A stretch of 64,000 nucleotides of DNA from contig CAVPIW010000009.1 in NCBI GenBank assembly GCA_963705105.1, forward strand, positions 128,001-192,000, given 5' to 3'. Positions 1 through 10,259 of the stretch are shown here, in pieces; the stretch's first letter is position 1, and every line of letters starts with the position of its first letter. The notes under the pieces were generated by a model. That model saw nothing but the letters and a program-made list of their open reading frames with translations, ran no database searches and was not told the DNA's origin. The stretch is from an uncultured Nitrospiraceae bacterium (lineage in GTDB: Bacteria > Nitrospirota > Thermodesulfovibrionia > Thermodesulfovibrionales > Dissulfurispiraceae). The translations under genes were made by a program, and so were the position numbers.

Positions 1-183
1 TGTGGGCGTGTCGAGACAGCCGATGATGTTCATGAGGGTTGTCTTTCCCGAGCCCGAGGCGCCCATGATCGCCACGAACTCGCCTTCGCCCACCGCCATG
101 TTGACGCCCTTCAGCACGTCTACGTCGTCCTCTCCGATCCTGAAGGTCTTCTTGATGTCCTCCATCAGGCAGAGTACGGCCAT
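1..183 (-). CDS. ABC transporter ATP-binding protein, MacB/LolD-like (5' part; runs off window)
   Basis: Manual translation from ATG at 183: [61 protein letters not shown]; Walker A GASGSGKT; directly downstream of the adaptor gene. Confidence 0.92.
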   Translation of the reverse strand, partial: MAVLCLMEDIKKTFRIGEDDVDVLKGVNMAVGEGEFVAIMGASGSGKTTLMNIIGCLDTPT

Positions 184-186
184 GGG

Positions 187-1395
187 CTATTTTCTGTTCT
201 GCTGAGCTTCGGGCTTCGTTTCCGTCGGCAATACGAGTTTCGTCGCGACCTGATCACCTTCGGCGATACCGGAAAGCACCTCCGTCCTCTCCTCGCCCCT
301 GATGCCGATCTTCACGTCCTTCTTCTCCACCTTGTTCGGGCCGGTGACCTTGAAGACGACCTGCTTGCCCCGTTCGAACTTAATTGCTGAATTCGGCACA
401 GTCAGGATCCCCTTCTTCTCGTCGAAGACCACCTTGACGTGCGTCGTCATCTCGGGCCGGAGAAACTGGGCGTCTTCGGCCGTGACCTTCACGATGGTCA
501 GATAGTACACGATATTGTCCTTGACGACGGGCTGGGGGTAGATCTTCTCGATCTTCCCCTGAAAGAGCCGGCTCGGATAGGTGTCGACGTAATATTCCAC
601 ATGATGCCCCAGTTTGACCTTGCCCACATCGGTCTCGTCGACATAGATCCACATCTCGAGACTCTTGGGATCGAGGACGGTGACGAGATTCGCCACCTGG
701 AGGCCGGCGACGATCGTCTCGCCCTCCTGGGCGGTCACATCGGAGACGATCCCGTCGATGGGCGCGTAGATCTTCGTGTAGGAAAGCCGCGTCTCCTGCT
801 GGCGCAACTGGGCCGTCGCCTCGTCGATATTCGCCCCGATGATCTTCGGCTGCGTCTCATATTCATCTTCAGCCCGTTTGAGGGCCGCTTCCGTTGCCTC
901 AAACTGGCTCCTCGACCTGTCCACGGCGTCCTTCGTCGTGTACTCCCGCTTCAGCAGCTCCTGCTCGCGTTCATGGGTCACCTTCGCGTACTCATATGTC
1001 GCCTTCGCTTCCCGGATCCGCTGCGGGTATGTCAGCTCGATCTGCCTGAGCGTGTTCTGCGACGCCGCAATGGCAGCCTTCTGCTGGTCGATGGCCTTCA
1101 GGACCTCGCGGTCATCGATGAGAGCGATGAGCTGTCCCGCTCTGACCTTGTCGCCGATCTTCACCTTCATGCTCACGATCGTGCCCGTCGCCCGGGCGCC
1201 GATCTTGACGACTGCGCCGACCTGGGGTTTAATGATGCCCGTCGCGACAAGCACCCCCCTGATATCGCCCCGCTCGGCCGTCGCCGACTCGATCACCTTC
1301 GTCTCGGGCTTCTTCAGGTATGTCCTGTACACGAACACCCCTCCGCCTGCGAGGACAACGGCGATGACGAGAATGATCAGGATCTTTTTTCTCAC
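187..1395 (-). CDS. Efflux periplasmic adaptor subunit (MacA-like MFP)
   Basis: N-terminal TM, lipoyl-like halves (VKIGDKVRAGQLIA; IYAPIDGIV), coiled coil, YVDETDVGKVKLG beta-barrel motif. Confidence 0.93.
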   Translation of the reverse strand: MRKKILIILVIAVVLAGGGVFVYRTYLKKPETKVIESATAERGDIRGVLVATGIIKPQVGAVVKIGARATGTIVSMKVKIGDKVRAGQLIALIDDREVLKAIDQQKAAIAASQNTLRQIELTYPQRIREAKATYEYAKVTHEREQELLKREYTTKDAVDRSRSQFEATEAALKRAEDEYETQPKIIGANIDEATAQLRQQETRLSYTKIYAPIDGIVSDVTAQEGETIVAGLQVANLVTVLDPKSLEMWIYVDETDVGKVKLGHHVEYYVDTYPSRLFQGKIEKIYPQPVVKDNIVYYLTIVKVTAEDAQFLRPEMTTHVKVVFDEKKGILTVPNSAIKFERGKQVVFKVTGPNKVEKKDVKIGIRGEERTEVLSGIAEGDQVATKLVLPTETKPEAQQNRK

Positions 1396-1473
1396 GAAAG
1401 GATCACCACTTCGCCGCGGGTATCACTTCCCGAACGGCCCGATATGCTCGCACTCACACTCACACTCGTCTTT

Positions 1474-2793
1474 TCACCGGTTCGCCAGTTCGAGCCTCTC
1501 GATACCGACGACCCGTTCGAGCTGGGACTTGGCGAGAATGACGGCGAGGCGTGATGCCACCAGCTGCTCCCGCGCCGTCGAAAGCTGACTTTCAGCCTGG
1601 ACGAGGGACAGGATGTCGCCCTTGCCGACCTTGTATTCGCCGTATGCCTGCGCGTAGTTCTGTTCCGCCTGTTTGAGCTGCTGGTGCGCCACCTTAAGCT
1701 GATTCCGCGTTGTGAGGAAATCCTCGTAGGCCTTGTCGACGTCGAGCAGGATGGTCCTCTTGGTATCGTTCAGCAGTTCCGCCGAAACGTTCTGCTCGAT
1801 GACCGATGACCGATACTGGTAGAATTTCCCGAGCTCGAAGATGTTCCACGTGGCGGTGAAGCCGAGCACCGTTTCCTCCGTGATCGCGCCGGTGCCCGTG
1901 GCGATCCCCGCAAGGCCTCCCGATGAACTCTGGTACGTGGCGTTCACGCCGAGGATGGGGAAAAAGGTGCTGAGGCTCAGCAGCCTGCTGCTCTCCGTTA
2001 TCTTGAGGGTGTTTTCCGCCTGCCTGATCTCGGGCCTTCCGAGGGCGATCTCATAGACCGCTTCCCTCGAAGGCGGCTGGAACTCCATGTCGAGAGAGCC
2101 ATGGAGCTCGTAGCGGTCCTGGAGCGGCTTGCCGATCAACGAGTTGAGGTCTGCATAGGCCTTGTTGAGGTTGCCCTCGGACTGGACGACGTTGAACCGT
2201 GACTGCTCGAGCCTCACCGATGCCTGGAGCACTTCGGACAGCCGCGCAACGCCGAACTTGTATCGCCCCTCCGCCACCTCGAAATCCTTCTGCGTGTCCT
2301 GGAACTGGAGCTTCCTCTGCTCGAGCGTCTCCTTCTGGGCCAGGGTGCTGTAGAAGGCACTCTTGACGCCGAATTCGAGATCGAGCATATTCGTCTTGAG
2401 TAGCTCTCTGTCGCTTTCGAGGGTGAGCCGCGAAATCTCCCTGTTGGCCCTCCTCCGGCCCCCGTCGAACAACGTGTAGGAGGCGGTCACATCGTACAGG
2501 CGGGTGTTGAATTCCTCCGGCGATGTCATATGGCGCTGCTGGACCGTCGATGCGTCGACAGAGGGGAAATAGGGGCCGAGGGTCGATTTGTACAGTTCCT
2601 GGCTCGACTGGACGCGGAAGGCCGCCGCCCTGTAAAAGGGGACATGCTCCCGCGCCATACTAATCGCTTCCTCGATCTTCAGGGCCTGGGCATGAACGGG
2701 AATGATGAGAAAGAGAAGGATGAGAAGGATAATCGCCTCCCGAACCTTATCAGCTGCCCTTATCAAATCTCTGTGATGTCCTGGCGTCTTCAT
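1474..2793 (-). CDS. TolC-family outer membrane efflux protein
   Basis: Signal peptide, two OEP repeats (YTLFDGG; WNIFELG); operon with MFP and ABC genes; start uncertain. Confidence 0.9.
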   Translation of the reverse strand: MKTPGHHRDLIRAADKVREAIILLILLFLIIPVHAQALKIEEAISMAREHVPFYRAAAFRVQSSQELYKSTLGPYFPSVDASTVQQRHMTSPEEFNTRLYDVTASYTLFDGGRRRANREISRLTLESDRELLKTNMLDLEFGVKSAFYSTLAQKETLEQRKLQFQDTQKDFEVAEGRYKFGVARLSEVLQASVRLEQSRFNVVQSEGNLNKAYADLNSLIGKPLQDRYELHGSLDMEFQPPSREAVYEIALGRPEIRQAENTLKITESSRLLSLSTFFPILGVNATYQSSSGGLAGIATGTGAITEETVLGFTATWNIFELGKFYQYRSSVIEQNVSAELLNDTKRTILLDVDKAYEDFLTTRNQLKVAHQQLKQAEQNYAQAYGEYKVGKGDILSLVQAESQLSTAREQLVASRLAVILAKSQLERVVGIERLELANR

Positions 2794-2912
2794 GTTGATC
2801 CTTACCAGTATAGCCCAAAGCCTCCCGCCGCGTCTAACCGCTTACGCGATCGATTGAGTGACAGTGTGAGTGTGAGTGTCAGTGAGAGGATGCTGTGTCT
2901 CATCGAGAATCG

Positions 2913-2936
2913 GTCATCCCGGCTCGTCCGGGATCT
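2913..2936. repeat. REP-like GTCAT palindrome (half unit)
   Basis: gtcatcccggctcgtccgggatc, the same as the left arm at 59386. Confidence 0.55.
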
Positions 2937-2957
2937 CTCCTAAAGACGGCCCTTGCA

Positions 2958-3078
2958 GTTGCATGAAAAGGCGGGCCGAAGCGCTCTGAAAGACAGTGTA
3001 AGTAACAGTGCGAGTGTCAGTGAAGGGTTCGCCTTTTTTCAGTCTTTTGCCCGAAATGGTCTGTGGGAATGGGCAACC
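2958..3078 (+). repeat. MITE-like repeat, subfamily A, partial copy (right end missing)
   Basis: gttgcatgaaaaggcgggccgaagcgctctgaaagacagtgt... matches the left end of copies at 44720 and 62382. Confidence 0.75.
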
Positions 3079-3134
3079 ATATGAGACTGATTCTCTCGTG
3101 AATAGCAGAAAGAAAATGCTCCTGCCACTGACAC

Positions 3135-4322
3135 TCACACTTTATTATTTATCTGTGCGTTGACGATCTCGGAGATTTTTTTAAGTGGGTTGCCTGTATT
3201 CTTTGAAATGGCAACGAGGTCGTCGAACTCCGCCGTGGCGGAAACGACGACATCGCCCCGTTTTGCGATCTTCACCCGCACATCGCCGAATTCCGTCGTC
3301 ACCGTTCGTATCTCACGATCGAGCGTCGACCGCTGCCAGGAAGAGAACCTCACCCCGAGGGTCGTTGTCTCCCTGAACAGGAGGTCGATGAGCGCGGACC
3401 TGTCGGCTTCGCGGCAGAGGACCGTCATCCTTGTCCCCGGCCTGCCCTTTTTCATAATGATCTGATCGAGCGAGACATCGAGGGCGCCCGCACTGAACAG
3501 CATCTCCATGACGGGCCCGTAGAACTGGGGGTTCATGTCGTCGATGTTCGTCTCAATGACAGTGACGGATTCGCCGGACCCGGGGCCGGGCTGACGAATA
3601 ACCGATTCGCCGGTGATCAGCCTGAGGACATTGGGGCTGTCGCTGAAATCCTTGTTCCCTGCCCCGTAGCCAGTCTGAACGATTGTCATCTCCGGACAGG
3701 GGGAGGGAACGGCGCCGAGTCCCTTCAGGAGCGCCGCGCCCGTCGGAGTGGTGAGCTCGCAGGACACGCCGGAGGAGTAGACGGGATAACCCTTCAGGAG
3801 TTCCACCGTGGCCGGCGCCGGCACGGGCAGAACGCCGTGTGACGTCTTCACCGTTCCGCTTCCGACGTTGACCGGAGACACGCAGAGCCTTTCGATCCCA
3901 AGGAGGGAGAGGCCGATGACCGTGCCGAAGATGTCGACCAGGCAATCGACGGCGCCCAGTTCATGAAGGTGAATGGCGTCGAAAGGCTTTCCGTGCACCT
4001 TCGCCTCGGCCTCGAAAAGCCCCCGGAATATGTGAAGACCCCTCTCTTTCATCTGTGGGGTCAGACTTGCAAATTGCGCAATCTCGACAATATCCTTCCA
4101 GGTCCTCGCTTCCGCCTTGCTCTCCCTGTCAAGAATGACGTCCACCTTCGTCGCGGCGATGCCGCACCGCGTCACAGGCCTGATGGAGAGTTCGTATCCC
4201 GCGATGCCGAGCTTTGCCAACTCCTGTTGCAGCGCTGCGCCGTCGACCCCCGCATCGACGAGGGAGCCGAGGAACATGTCTCCGCTGATGCCGGAGAAAC
4301 AATTAAGATAGGAGATTATCAT
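3135..4322 (-). CDS. larC: Nickel pincer cofactor biosynthesis protein LarC
   Basis: CFSGISGDMFLGSL, AEAKVHG..IHLHELGAVD, VPAPAT, ELTTPTGAA, ETNIDDMNPQ, MKKGRPG motifs. Confidence 0.93.
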   Translation of the reverse strand: MIISYLNCFSGISGDMFLGSLVDAGVDGAALQQELAKLGIAGYELSIRPVTRCGIAATKVDVILDRESKAEARTWKDIVEIAQFASLTPQMKERGLHIFRGLFEAEAKVHGKPFDAIHLHELGAVDCLVDIFGTVIGLSLLGIERLCVSPVNVGSGTVKTSHGVLPVPAPATVELLKGYPVYSSGVSCELTTPTGAALLKGLGAVPSPCPEMTIVQTGYGAGNKDFSDSPNVLRLITGESVIRQPGPGSGESVTVIETNIDDMNPQFYGPVMEMLFSAGALDVSLDQIIMKKGRPGTRMTVLCREADRSALIDLLFRETTTLGVRFSSWQRSTLDREIRTVTTEFGDVRVKIAKRGDVVVSATAEFDDLVAISKNTGNPLKKISEIVNAQINNKV

Positions 4323-4438
4323 GTCCTATTGTACATCATCGCCACAGGGATCGTCTGACCGGATCGACGGGGAGAGTGATTCCGCGATGCCTTTCGGTTT
4401 AATATATTGACAGGACGGATAGGAAAAGGTGACGGAAA

Positions 4439-4978
4439 ATGAAGATAGTTGCTGATCGAACAATCAACGGGAAGACGATTCGCCTCGTCCTTGGCGACAT
4501 TACGGAGCGGGACACTGACGCCATCGTGAATGCTGCGAACTCCTATCTGCAGCACGGCGGTGGGGTAGCCGGGGCCATCGTCCGGAAGGGGGGGCAGATC
4601 ATACAGGACGAGAGTGACAAAATCGGTTTTGTCCCTGTCGGCCATGCCGCGATCACGACGGCAGGGAAACTGCCGGCAAAGTATGTCATCCATGCCGTCG
4701 GACCGAGGATGGGAGAGGGAGATGAAGACAACAAGCTGAAAAGTGCCGCCTGGAGCAGCCTGCAACTCGCCTCCGAGAAGGGCTTGAGGAGTATCGCCAT
4801 GCCGGCCGTCAGTTCCGGCATATTCGGCTTTCCCAAGGACCGCTGTGCTGCCATCCTCGTCGGAGAAGCAACGAGGTTTTTAGAGGCGAGGAGCGACTCT
4901 GCCGTCGAGATTATCGAGTTCTGCCTCTTCGATGAAAATACCCTCTCCCATTTTCAGCGCGAATTTGATAAACTATAA
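4439..4978 (+). CDS. Macro domain protein (O-acetyl-ADP-ribose deacetylase/YmdB-like)
   Basis: GDIT, AIVNAAN, GGGVAGAI, VIHAVGP, PAVSSGIFGFP motifs. Confidence 0.93.
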   Translation: MKIVADRTINGKTIRLVLGDITERDTDAIVNAANSYLQHGGGVAGAIVRKGGQIIQDESDKIGFVPVGHAAITTAGKLPAKYVIHAVGPRMGEGDEDNKLKSAAWSSLQLASEKGLRSIAMPAVSSGIFGFPKDRCAAILVGEATRFLEARSDSAVEIIEFCLFDENTLSHFQREFDKL

Positions 4979-5016
4979 AGTCATTGAACATCGTCTGTGT
5001 CAGACGCTTCCTTGAT

Positions 5017-5088
5017 GCCGGGATAGCACAGTGGTAGTGCAGCTGATTCGTAATCAGCAGGTCGACGGTTCGAATCCGTTTCCCGGCT
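5017..5088 (+). tRNA. tRNA-Thr (CGT); CCA not encoded
   Basis: gccggga...tcccggc acceptor stem, D-loop TGGTA, anticodon arm gctga-ttCGTaa-tcagc, T-loop GGTTCGAATCC. Confidence 0.96.
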
Positions 5089-5275
5089 TTTTTCTTTTCA
5101 ATGACTTGCGCTGCCATATCCTTTGTCCATTCACCGAGACTATGCAGTAAATCTTTTACCCTCTGAGCCGCATTCTTCGCCTCGAAGAAAATTTTTATTT
5201 CAGGGCGGGAAACATAACCACCATCTCTGTTATCGCAGAGACGACTGCGCAAGGTGCTGACAGGCCAGATAATTG

Positions 5276-5304
5276 TTGACGAGACAATTAAAATGGATTA
5301 TACT
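5276..5304 (+). promoter_or_regulatory. sigma70-type promoter of the AAA ATPase gene
   Basis: TTGACG-N17-TATACT, overlapped by the inverted repeat tggattatactcc/ggagtaatatcca. Confidence 0.6.
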
Positions 5305-5340
5305 CCATATTAATTTAATTATTCAGGAGTAATATCCATA

Positions 5341-6501
5341 ATGCAGGTATTGCCGCGATTGCTGCAGATCAAGTTGCCGGAAGGTCAGTCCGCCTTCCTG
5401 TGGGGGCCGAGGAAGACAGGCAAGACAACATTTCTCAAGACCGCGTTCCCGGGTAGTCTTATCTACGATTTACTCCAAACCGACCTTTTCCTCGACCTCG
5501 TCAAACGCCCGTTTCTGCTGCGGGAGCAGCTCCTTGCCGCACCACCGGAGAAGCTGAAAGAGCCTGTCATTATCGACGAGGTGCAGAAGGTGCCTCATCT
5601 GCTCGATGAAATTCACTGGCTCATCGAAAACAAGGGCCTGCGTTTTATTCTGTGCGGCTCCAGCGCCAGGAAACTGAAGCGGGGAAAGGCGAATCTGCTC
5701 GGTGGCCGGGCCTGGCGCTACGAGATGCACCCGCTCGTCTCGGCGGAGGTGTCTGACGTCGACCTGATCAAAGCCCTCAACCGGGGGATGATCCCCGCAC
5801 ACTACATGCAGGAGGAATACCGGAAGTCTCTGCAGGCCTATGTGCGGGACTATCTCAAGGAGGAAGTGTTTGACGAGGGATTGACCCGGAATATCCCGGC
5901 CTTCTCGCGGTTTTTCGACGCCATGGGCTATTCTCACGGAGAGCTGACCAACTATGCGAACATCGCCCGGGATTGCGGCGTCGATGCAAAGACCGTCAAG
6001 GAGTATTACCAGATCCTCGTCGACACACTGCTGGGCACGATGATCGAGCCCTACAAAAAGCGGCAGGACCGCAATGTGATCATCAGGGCCGGCAAGTTTT
6101 ATCTGTTCGACGTCGGCGTCGCCGGGGCGATCACCCACCGCCGGATTGCCGCAGAAAAAGGAGAGGAGTTCGGCAAGGCGTTCGAACATTTCATCCTGAT
6201 GGAACTCCTTGCCCATCGTGCTTACAGGGAGCTGAACTACAATGTCAATTTCTGGCGGACGACGTCAGGACTGGAAGTGGATTTCATCCTGGGACAGGGA
6301 GAAGTGGCCGTCGAGGTGAAGGGGGCAAGCAGGATCGACAACGCGGACCTGCGTCCCCTCAAGAGCTTTATCCGGGAGTACCGCCCGTCCAGGGCCTTCG
6401 TAGTCTGCAACGAACGGGCTCAGCGTATTCATGAGGACATTCGCATTGTGCCGTGGCGTGATTTTCTGAAAATGCTGTGGAGCGGGGACATCATATCGTA
6501 G
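5341..6501 (+). CDS. AAA+ ATPase (AAA_14) with DUF4143-type C-terminus
   Basis: Walker A GPRKTGKT, Walker B IIDEVQK, CGSSA, KFYLFDVGV, FWRT..LEVDFI..VEVK PD-(D/E)xK-like tail. Confidence 0.88.
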   Translation: MQVLPRLLQIKLPEGQSAFLWGPRKTGKTTFLKTAFPGSLIYDLLQTDLFLDLVKRPFLLREQLLAAPPEKLKEPVIIDEVQKVPHLLDEIHWLIENKGLRFILCGSSARKLKRGKANLLGGRAWRYEMHPLVSAEVSDVDLIKALNRGMIPAHYMQEEYRKSLQAYVRDYLKEEVFDEGLTRNIPAFSRFFDAMGYSHGELTNYANIARDCGVDAKTVKEYYQILVDTLLGTMIEPYKKRQDRNVIIRAGKFYLFDVGVAGAITHRRIAAEKGEEFGKAFEHFILMELLAHRAYRELNYNVNFWRTTSGLEVDFILGQGEVAVEVKGASRIDNADLRPLKSFIREYRPSRAFVVCNERAQRIHEDIRIVPWRDFLKMLWSGDIIS

Positions 6502-6927
6502 AGTCCCCATTGCCGGAAAGGTGAGGAAACTCACCGCACCGATTACCCGCCTTCTGCATCGTGTCGAAGCATCTACGCCTGACATCGAGATCGCTTGTCA
6601 GCAGTGGATACTGAAACTGTCATGCCGCCTGAAAAATCCATGTCTGCTTTTCCTCCTGGCGGGGTTGCCGTCTGCGCGGGGAAGATGGGTGGCTGTATCC
6701 ATATTGTTCCGCTGCTTCCCGCGCATCTCTATCCCTGTCCCCGTGAAGATTACCTTCAGTTCAGGCCTGTGTGTTTATTAGCAAAACTCATCAACCTACA
6801 AGAATTTTTCATTGGACAGGTGCCCGACAATGTGATATTCGTTGAATAGGAAGTGAAGGATCCCGATTCGATCACGCCGTCCCCGGTCGAGGTTGTATTA
6901 ACGTGTCAGCTATAGAAGGAGGATACC

Positions 6928-7878
6928 ATGTTGAAGAGTCTGGTCATAAGTCTGATGGCTCTGATTATCGCAGCGGGCCCCGGTTTCGCGCAGATAATGC
7001 CCGTCCCGACCGGTGAGGGGTACTTTGAGTATGATCCGACTGAGACCGGCGTCGTGAGCGCCGACCCTGCTCAGGCAAAGCCCCTTTCTGTCGGTCCTGT
7101 TGCAAAGGGCGGCGAGAACATAAACATCAGGGTGAGCCTGCCGGCGTTTTCGGCGCCCGTTGACATCTATGTCGCACTGCATGCCCCGGAGGTTCATCCG
7201 GACATCTTCCTGCTCCGGCCCGACAATACCCTCCGCCCGTCCTCGGGCGATCTCGTGCCCTGGAAGGCGAATACTCTGGGGCCGATCGACGAGAGCCTCT
7301 TCGGTGACATCCCGAGTTCCTTACTCCCGGAGGAGATCTATTACCTTTACCTAATGGTCACGCCTGCGACGGCAGCGCAGCCGGCATCCGCCGCACGCGC
7401 GGCGGCAGCGTCCTTCAAGTACAATGCGTGGCGATCCGTTGCGCCCAACTCCCGCATCTTCGGTCAGCTCGGGTTCTTTTACGGGTACAACTTTCCCCAA
7501 GCGAATCTCAGTGTCGAGGGAGGCGACTTCTGTTTCTTCTGGGTAGACAAAAACAATGTCGTGCATGGCACGAGCACGGGCATCTTTTTTCCCAAGGGTG
7601 GCGGCGGCGACAAGGATTGTCCCTGGACGATTACAGCTGGGGTGAATGTCGATGTCCTGGGAGGCAGACTTCTTAAAACTGACGGGCAGAGAACACTTGA
7701 GCTCCAGATCGGGCATCAAATATCCGAGGAATGGACAAACAAGTGTCCGGGGATTCCGCCTATACCTATTCAAAACGCAGGCACAAATTCATTTGCGCTG
7801 CCTTTTGAGAACGGGGCGAGCCTGGTCTCCGACTCACTCCTTATCGACATCTTCCTGTCGATATTCCGCGATCGGTAA
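6928..7878 (+). CDS. Secreted hypothetical protein with N-terminal shared domain 'X'
   Basis: RBS ggagga, signal peptide, ~135-aa domain similar to segments of 7927..10125 and 56669..57221. Confidence 0.8.
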   Translation: MLKSLVISLMALIIAAGPGFAQIMPVPTGEGYFEYDPTETGVVSADPAQAKPLSVGPVAKGGENINIRVSLPAFSAPVDIYVALHAPEVHPDIFLLRPDNTLRPSSGDLVPWKANTLGPIDESLFGDIPSSLLPEEIYYLYLMVTPATAAQPASAARAAAASFKYNAWRSVAPNSRIFGQLGFFYGYNFPQANLSVEGGDFCFFWVDKNNVVHGTSTGIFFPKGGGGDKDCPWTITAGVNVDVLGGRLLKTDGQRTLELQIGHQISEEWTNKCPGIPPIPIQNAGTNSFALPFENGASLVSDSLLIDIFLSIFRDR

Positions 7879-7926
7879 AGAAATGGTCTGAGAGGGCGGA
7901 CTCTCAAAGCGCCGGGAGGCATGTCT

Positions 7927-10125
7927 CTACCAAGTTTCTGCCTTCCAGCATCCGGACCCCGGATATTTGCCTTCGCATGTCCAGGTCCCTTTCATTTGAT
8001 TGCACGCCGGCGCATTAAGGGTTGCAGTAACTGTGCAGGTGTTGACCTGCGTCTTCCTCTGAAAAGTGATAATGTTTCCATTCAGAGTCCATGGTCCCTC
8101 CCGTTGAGCGCCTACATCCTGGACACGAAACATGTGATCGGCAGAGAAAAACCAGGGCAACGGCACATAGTGATCGTCTCCGCTGCAACTAGCAGTTTTG
8201 TATTCCGTCACGAGCCAGGTACGGGCGACCGAGGCTTCGGAGCAGGCGCTTGCCGGCGTGAACTCCACCTCACCGTAGGCCGGCGCTTTTACTATCTGAT
8301 ATCCATGCCAGGCAACGTCCTCGACGAACCAGCTTGCAGCTCCGATGATGTCCATGAAGAAATTGAAGAGCTCTATTCCTATGGTCCCGCTCCACGCGGT
8401 CGGGATAATCGCAGCGGCTGAAACCAGGCAGTTGACTATGTCATATGCAAAATCCTGACACAATGTCTTCCTGAAAAACTCTACGGTCGCCGCGTCCGCC
8501 TCCTCGAGCTTCACATAGTCCATGGTGTCCAGGTTGAAATAAAGGTCGGAAATGACATCGAAGCACTTCGTCGGCACCGCCGCCAGGAAGGTCTTCGCGC
8601 TTTCATTTGCCATCCACATCATGTCCAGCCGGTTCAATTTCTCGTAGAGCTCCTTGTCCTTCCGGATCGCTTCCTGTCTCCCCGCAACCGTTATTTTCTT
8701 ATGAATAATGTCCGGAAGCGACGATAGGGTCGCGCCATATGTCTCCAGGGTGCCGGCGCTCAATTGAACGTTAATCACGCGGTCGAGCGACTGCATGCCG
8801 ACAAACCGGAAGAGGTTTGTGTCAAGCGTTTTGTCGGAAGGCACCAGGAAGAACGGGCCCTGTCCGGTGGACGTCTTGACGGCGGCCCAGCGATGAAATT
8901 TATTCTCGGCAGTTGCATAGTCGGCATTGACTCTGTCGACATAGATACCCGTGCCCATATCGCACTTATCCCGAACGGCAAGGGGGGCGCAGTCCGGAGT
9001 CAGAAGTGCTCTGAAATTTGCCGCTGCCCGCACCGGTTCTGCGTTCGCGCCGACCATGAAATACCCGACGGCCCGGCGGGAATTATAGTCGGACAATTCC
9101 GCCACACCCATTGCCGGGTGATAGAGGTAAGGCTTGTTGTCTTTCCGGATGCCTGTAAGACCGCTGTCCGGCGCCGGGCTCTTGTCCTGATACAATTTGC
9201 CCTGATGGAAGATCATCGCACCGGGTGCAACGAGATCGCCGCCGAACGAGCCCACCGACCCGTCACGGACGACAAGGGTGTACGTGTCCCACAGATAAAA
9301 CGCATCCAGCCTTCCAGCCGGGGCCGCAACAAGGTAGAAAAGGTAGACGCCCTGGGGGAGGGCCGATGAGTCGAACTCCCCGAAGGGGACCTCGTCCAGC
9401 GGTCCCGTCATGGCCCTCTTCCACGGCAGGACGCCGGCAGTCGCCGGCTTCAGGCTGTAGTCCTGATGCAGCAGGTATATGTCGGGACTCAGTCCCGGGG
9501 CGTACACGGCAAAGTACAAGTCGACTGCTCCTGCAAATGCGCCGAGACCGACCTTGACACTGAGCTTGTCCGGCGCCCCCGCCGATGGTCCGACCGCCAG
9601 GGGTCTTGCCGCGGCTGCATCGGTGCTCTTGACAGGTGCGTCAACGGGCTTGTAGGAAAACTGCACCGTCGCGGTCGGAAAAGGCATGCCCGCGCTCGGG
9701 ATGACATACGTCGCGGTCAGTGTGAAGTGGGTCGTGACGCTGTTGAGATTGAGTCCCGCGATATACCACCTGCCCGGCCTTAAGGGGGGATTGCTCGCGG
9801 CGGTCAGGGTGATGGATTCGCCGGGACCCGTCGATTCCGACCGGGCGTCGGCATTCGCCGAAAGCTCCTCAATCGTGCCTCCCGTGAGACGGTCCCCGAA
9901 CTTCATGTACAGGTCGATGTCGCCGCTCCCGTTCGTCACCGTCACCGTGAACGCCGTCGCCCCCGCCGGGACATCGATGTACGCGTTTGCGTATGTGAGA
10001 GGGTTCAGAAATGTGTCGAATGGCACGCCGTTCTGGAGCTGCGTGTCAGCAGCCCATGAGAGGACAGGCAGGAGAGCGCTTAAGAAGAGAATTCCAAAGA
10101 GACGCAATATGAAGCATGACATCAT
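7927..10125 (-). CDS. Secreted protein: PPC-like domain + domain 'X' + unknown Cys-containing C-terminus
   Basis: RBS ggagga before ATG 10125; signal peptide; YIDVPAGATAFTVTV..GDIDLYM..GESITL..GRWYI is PPC-like. Confidence 0.8.
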   Translation of the reverse strand: MMSCFILRLFGILFLSALLPVLSWAADTQLQNGVPFDTFLNPLTYANAYIDVPAGATAFTVTVTNGSGDIDLYMKFGDRLTGGTIEELSANADARSESTGPGESITLTAASNPPLRPGRWYIAGLNLNSVTTHFTLTATYVIPSAGMPFPTATVQFSYKPVDAPVKSTDAAAARPLAVGPSAGAPDKLSVKVGLGAFAGAVDLYFAVYAPGLSPDIYLLHQDYSLKPATAGVLPWKRAMTGPLDEVPFGEFDSSALPQGVYLFYLVAAPAGRLDAFYLWDTYTLVVRDGSVGSFGGDLVAPGAMIFHQGKLYQDKSPAPDSGLTGIRKDNKPYLYHPAMGVAELSDYNSRRAVGYFMVGANAEPVRAAANFRALLTPDCAPLAVRDKCDMGTGIYVDRVNADYATAENKFHRWAAVKTSTGQGPFFLVPSDKTLDTNLFRFVGMQSLDRVINVQLSAGTLETYGATLSSLPDIIHKKITVAGRQEAIRKDKELYEKLNRLDMMWMANESAKTFLAAVPTKCFDVISDLYFNLDTMDYVKLEEADAATVEFFRKTLCQDFAYDIVNCLVSAAAIIPTAWSGTIGIELFNFFMDIIGAASWFVEDVAWHGYQIVKAPAYGEVEFTPASACSEASVARTWLVTEYKTASCSGDDHYVPLPWFFSADHMFRVQDVGAQREGPWTLNGNIITFQRKTQVNTCTVTATLNAPACNQMKGTWTCEGKYPGSGCWKAETW

Positions 10126-10194
10126 CGTATCCTCCACCCGACCCGGGTAATGCGATGGTTTAACTTCTGGGTTATAGATATCCATTAACTAATG

Positions 10195-10210
10195 AGCAAT
10201 ATCGATGCCT
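10195..10210 (-). promoter_or_regulatory. sigma54 (-24/-12) promoter
   Basis: Minus strand aGGcatcgatattGCt (GG-N10-GC), about 70 bp upstream of the ATG at 10125. Confidence 0.7.
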
Positions 10211-10259
10211 GTCACGTATCTTATTGATATTCTGAATAGTGTTCGGCCTGTCTGCGATG

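Noticed and set aside
4439..6501. Macro domain + ATPase as a defence system
   Set aside because: Separated by a tRNA and an independent promoter; the macro protein looks like a housekeeping YmdB type
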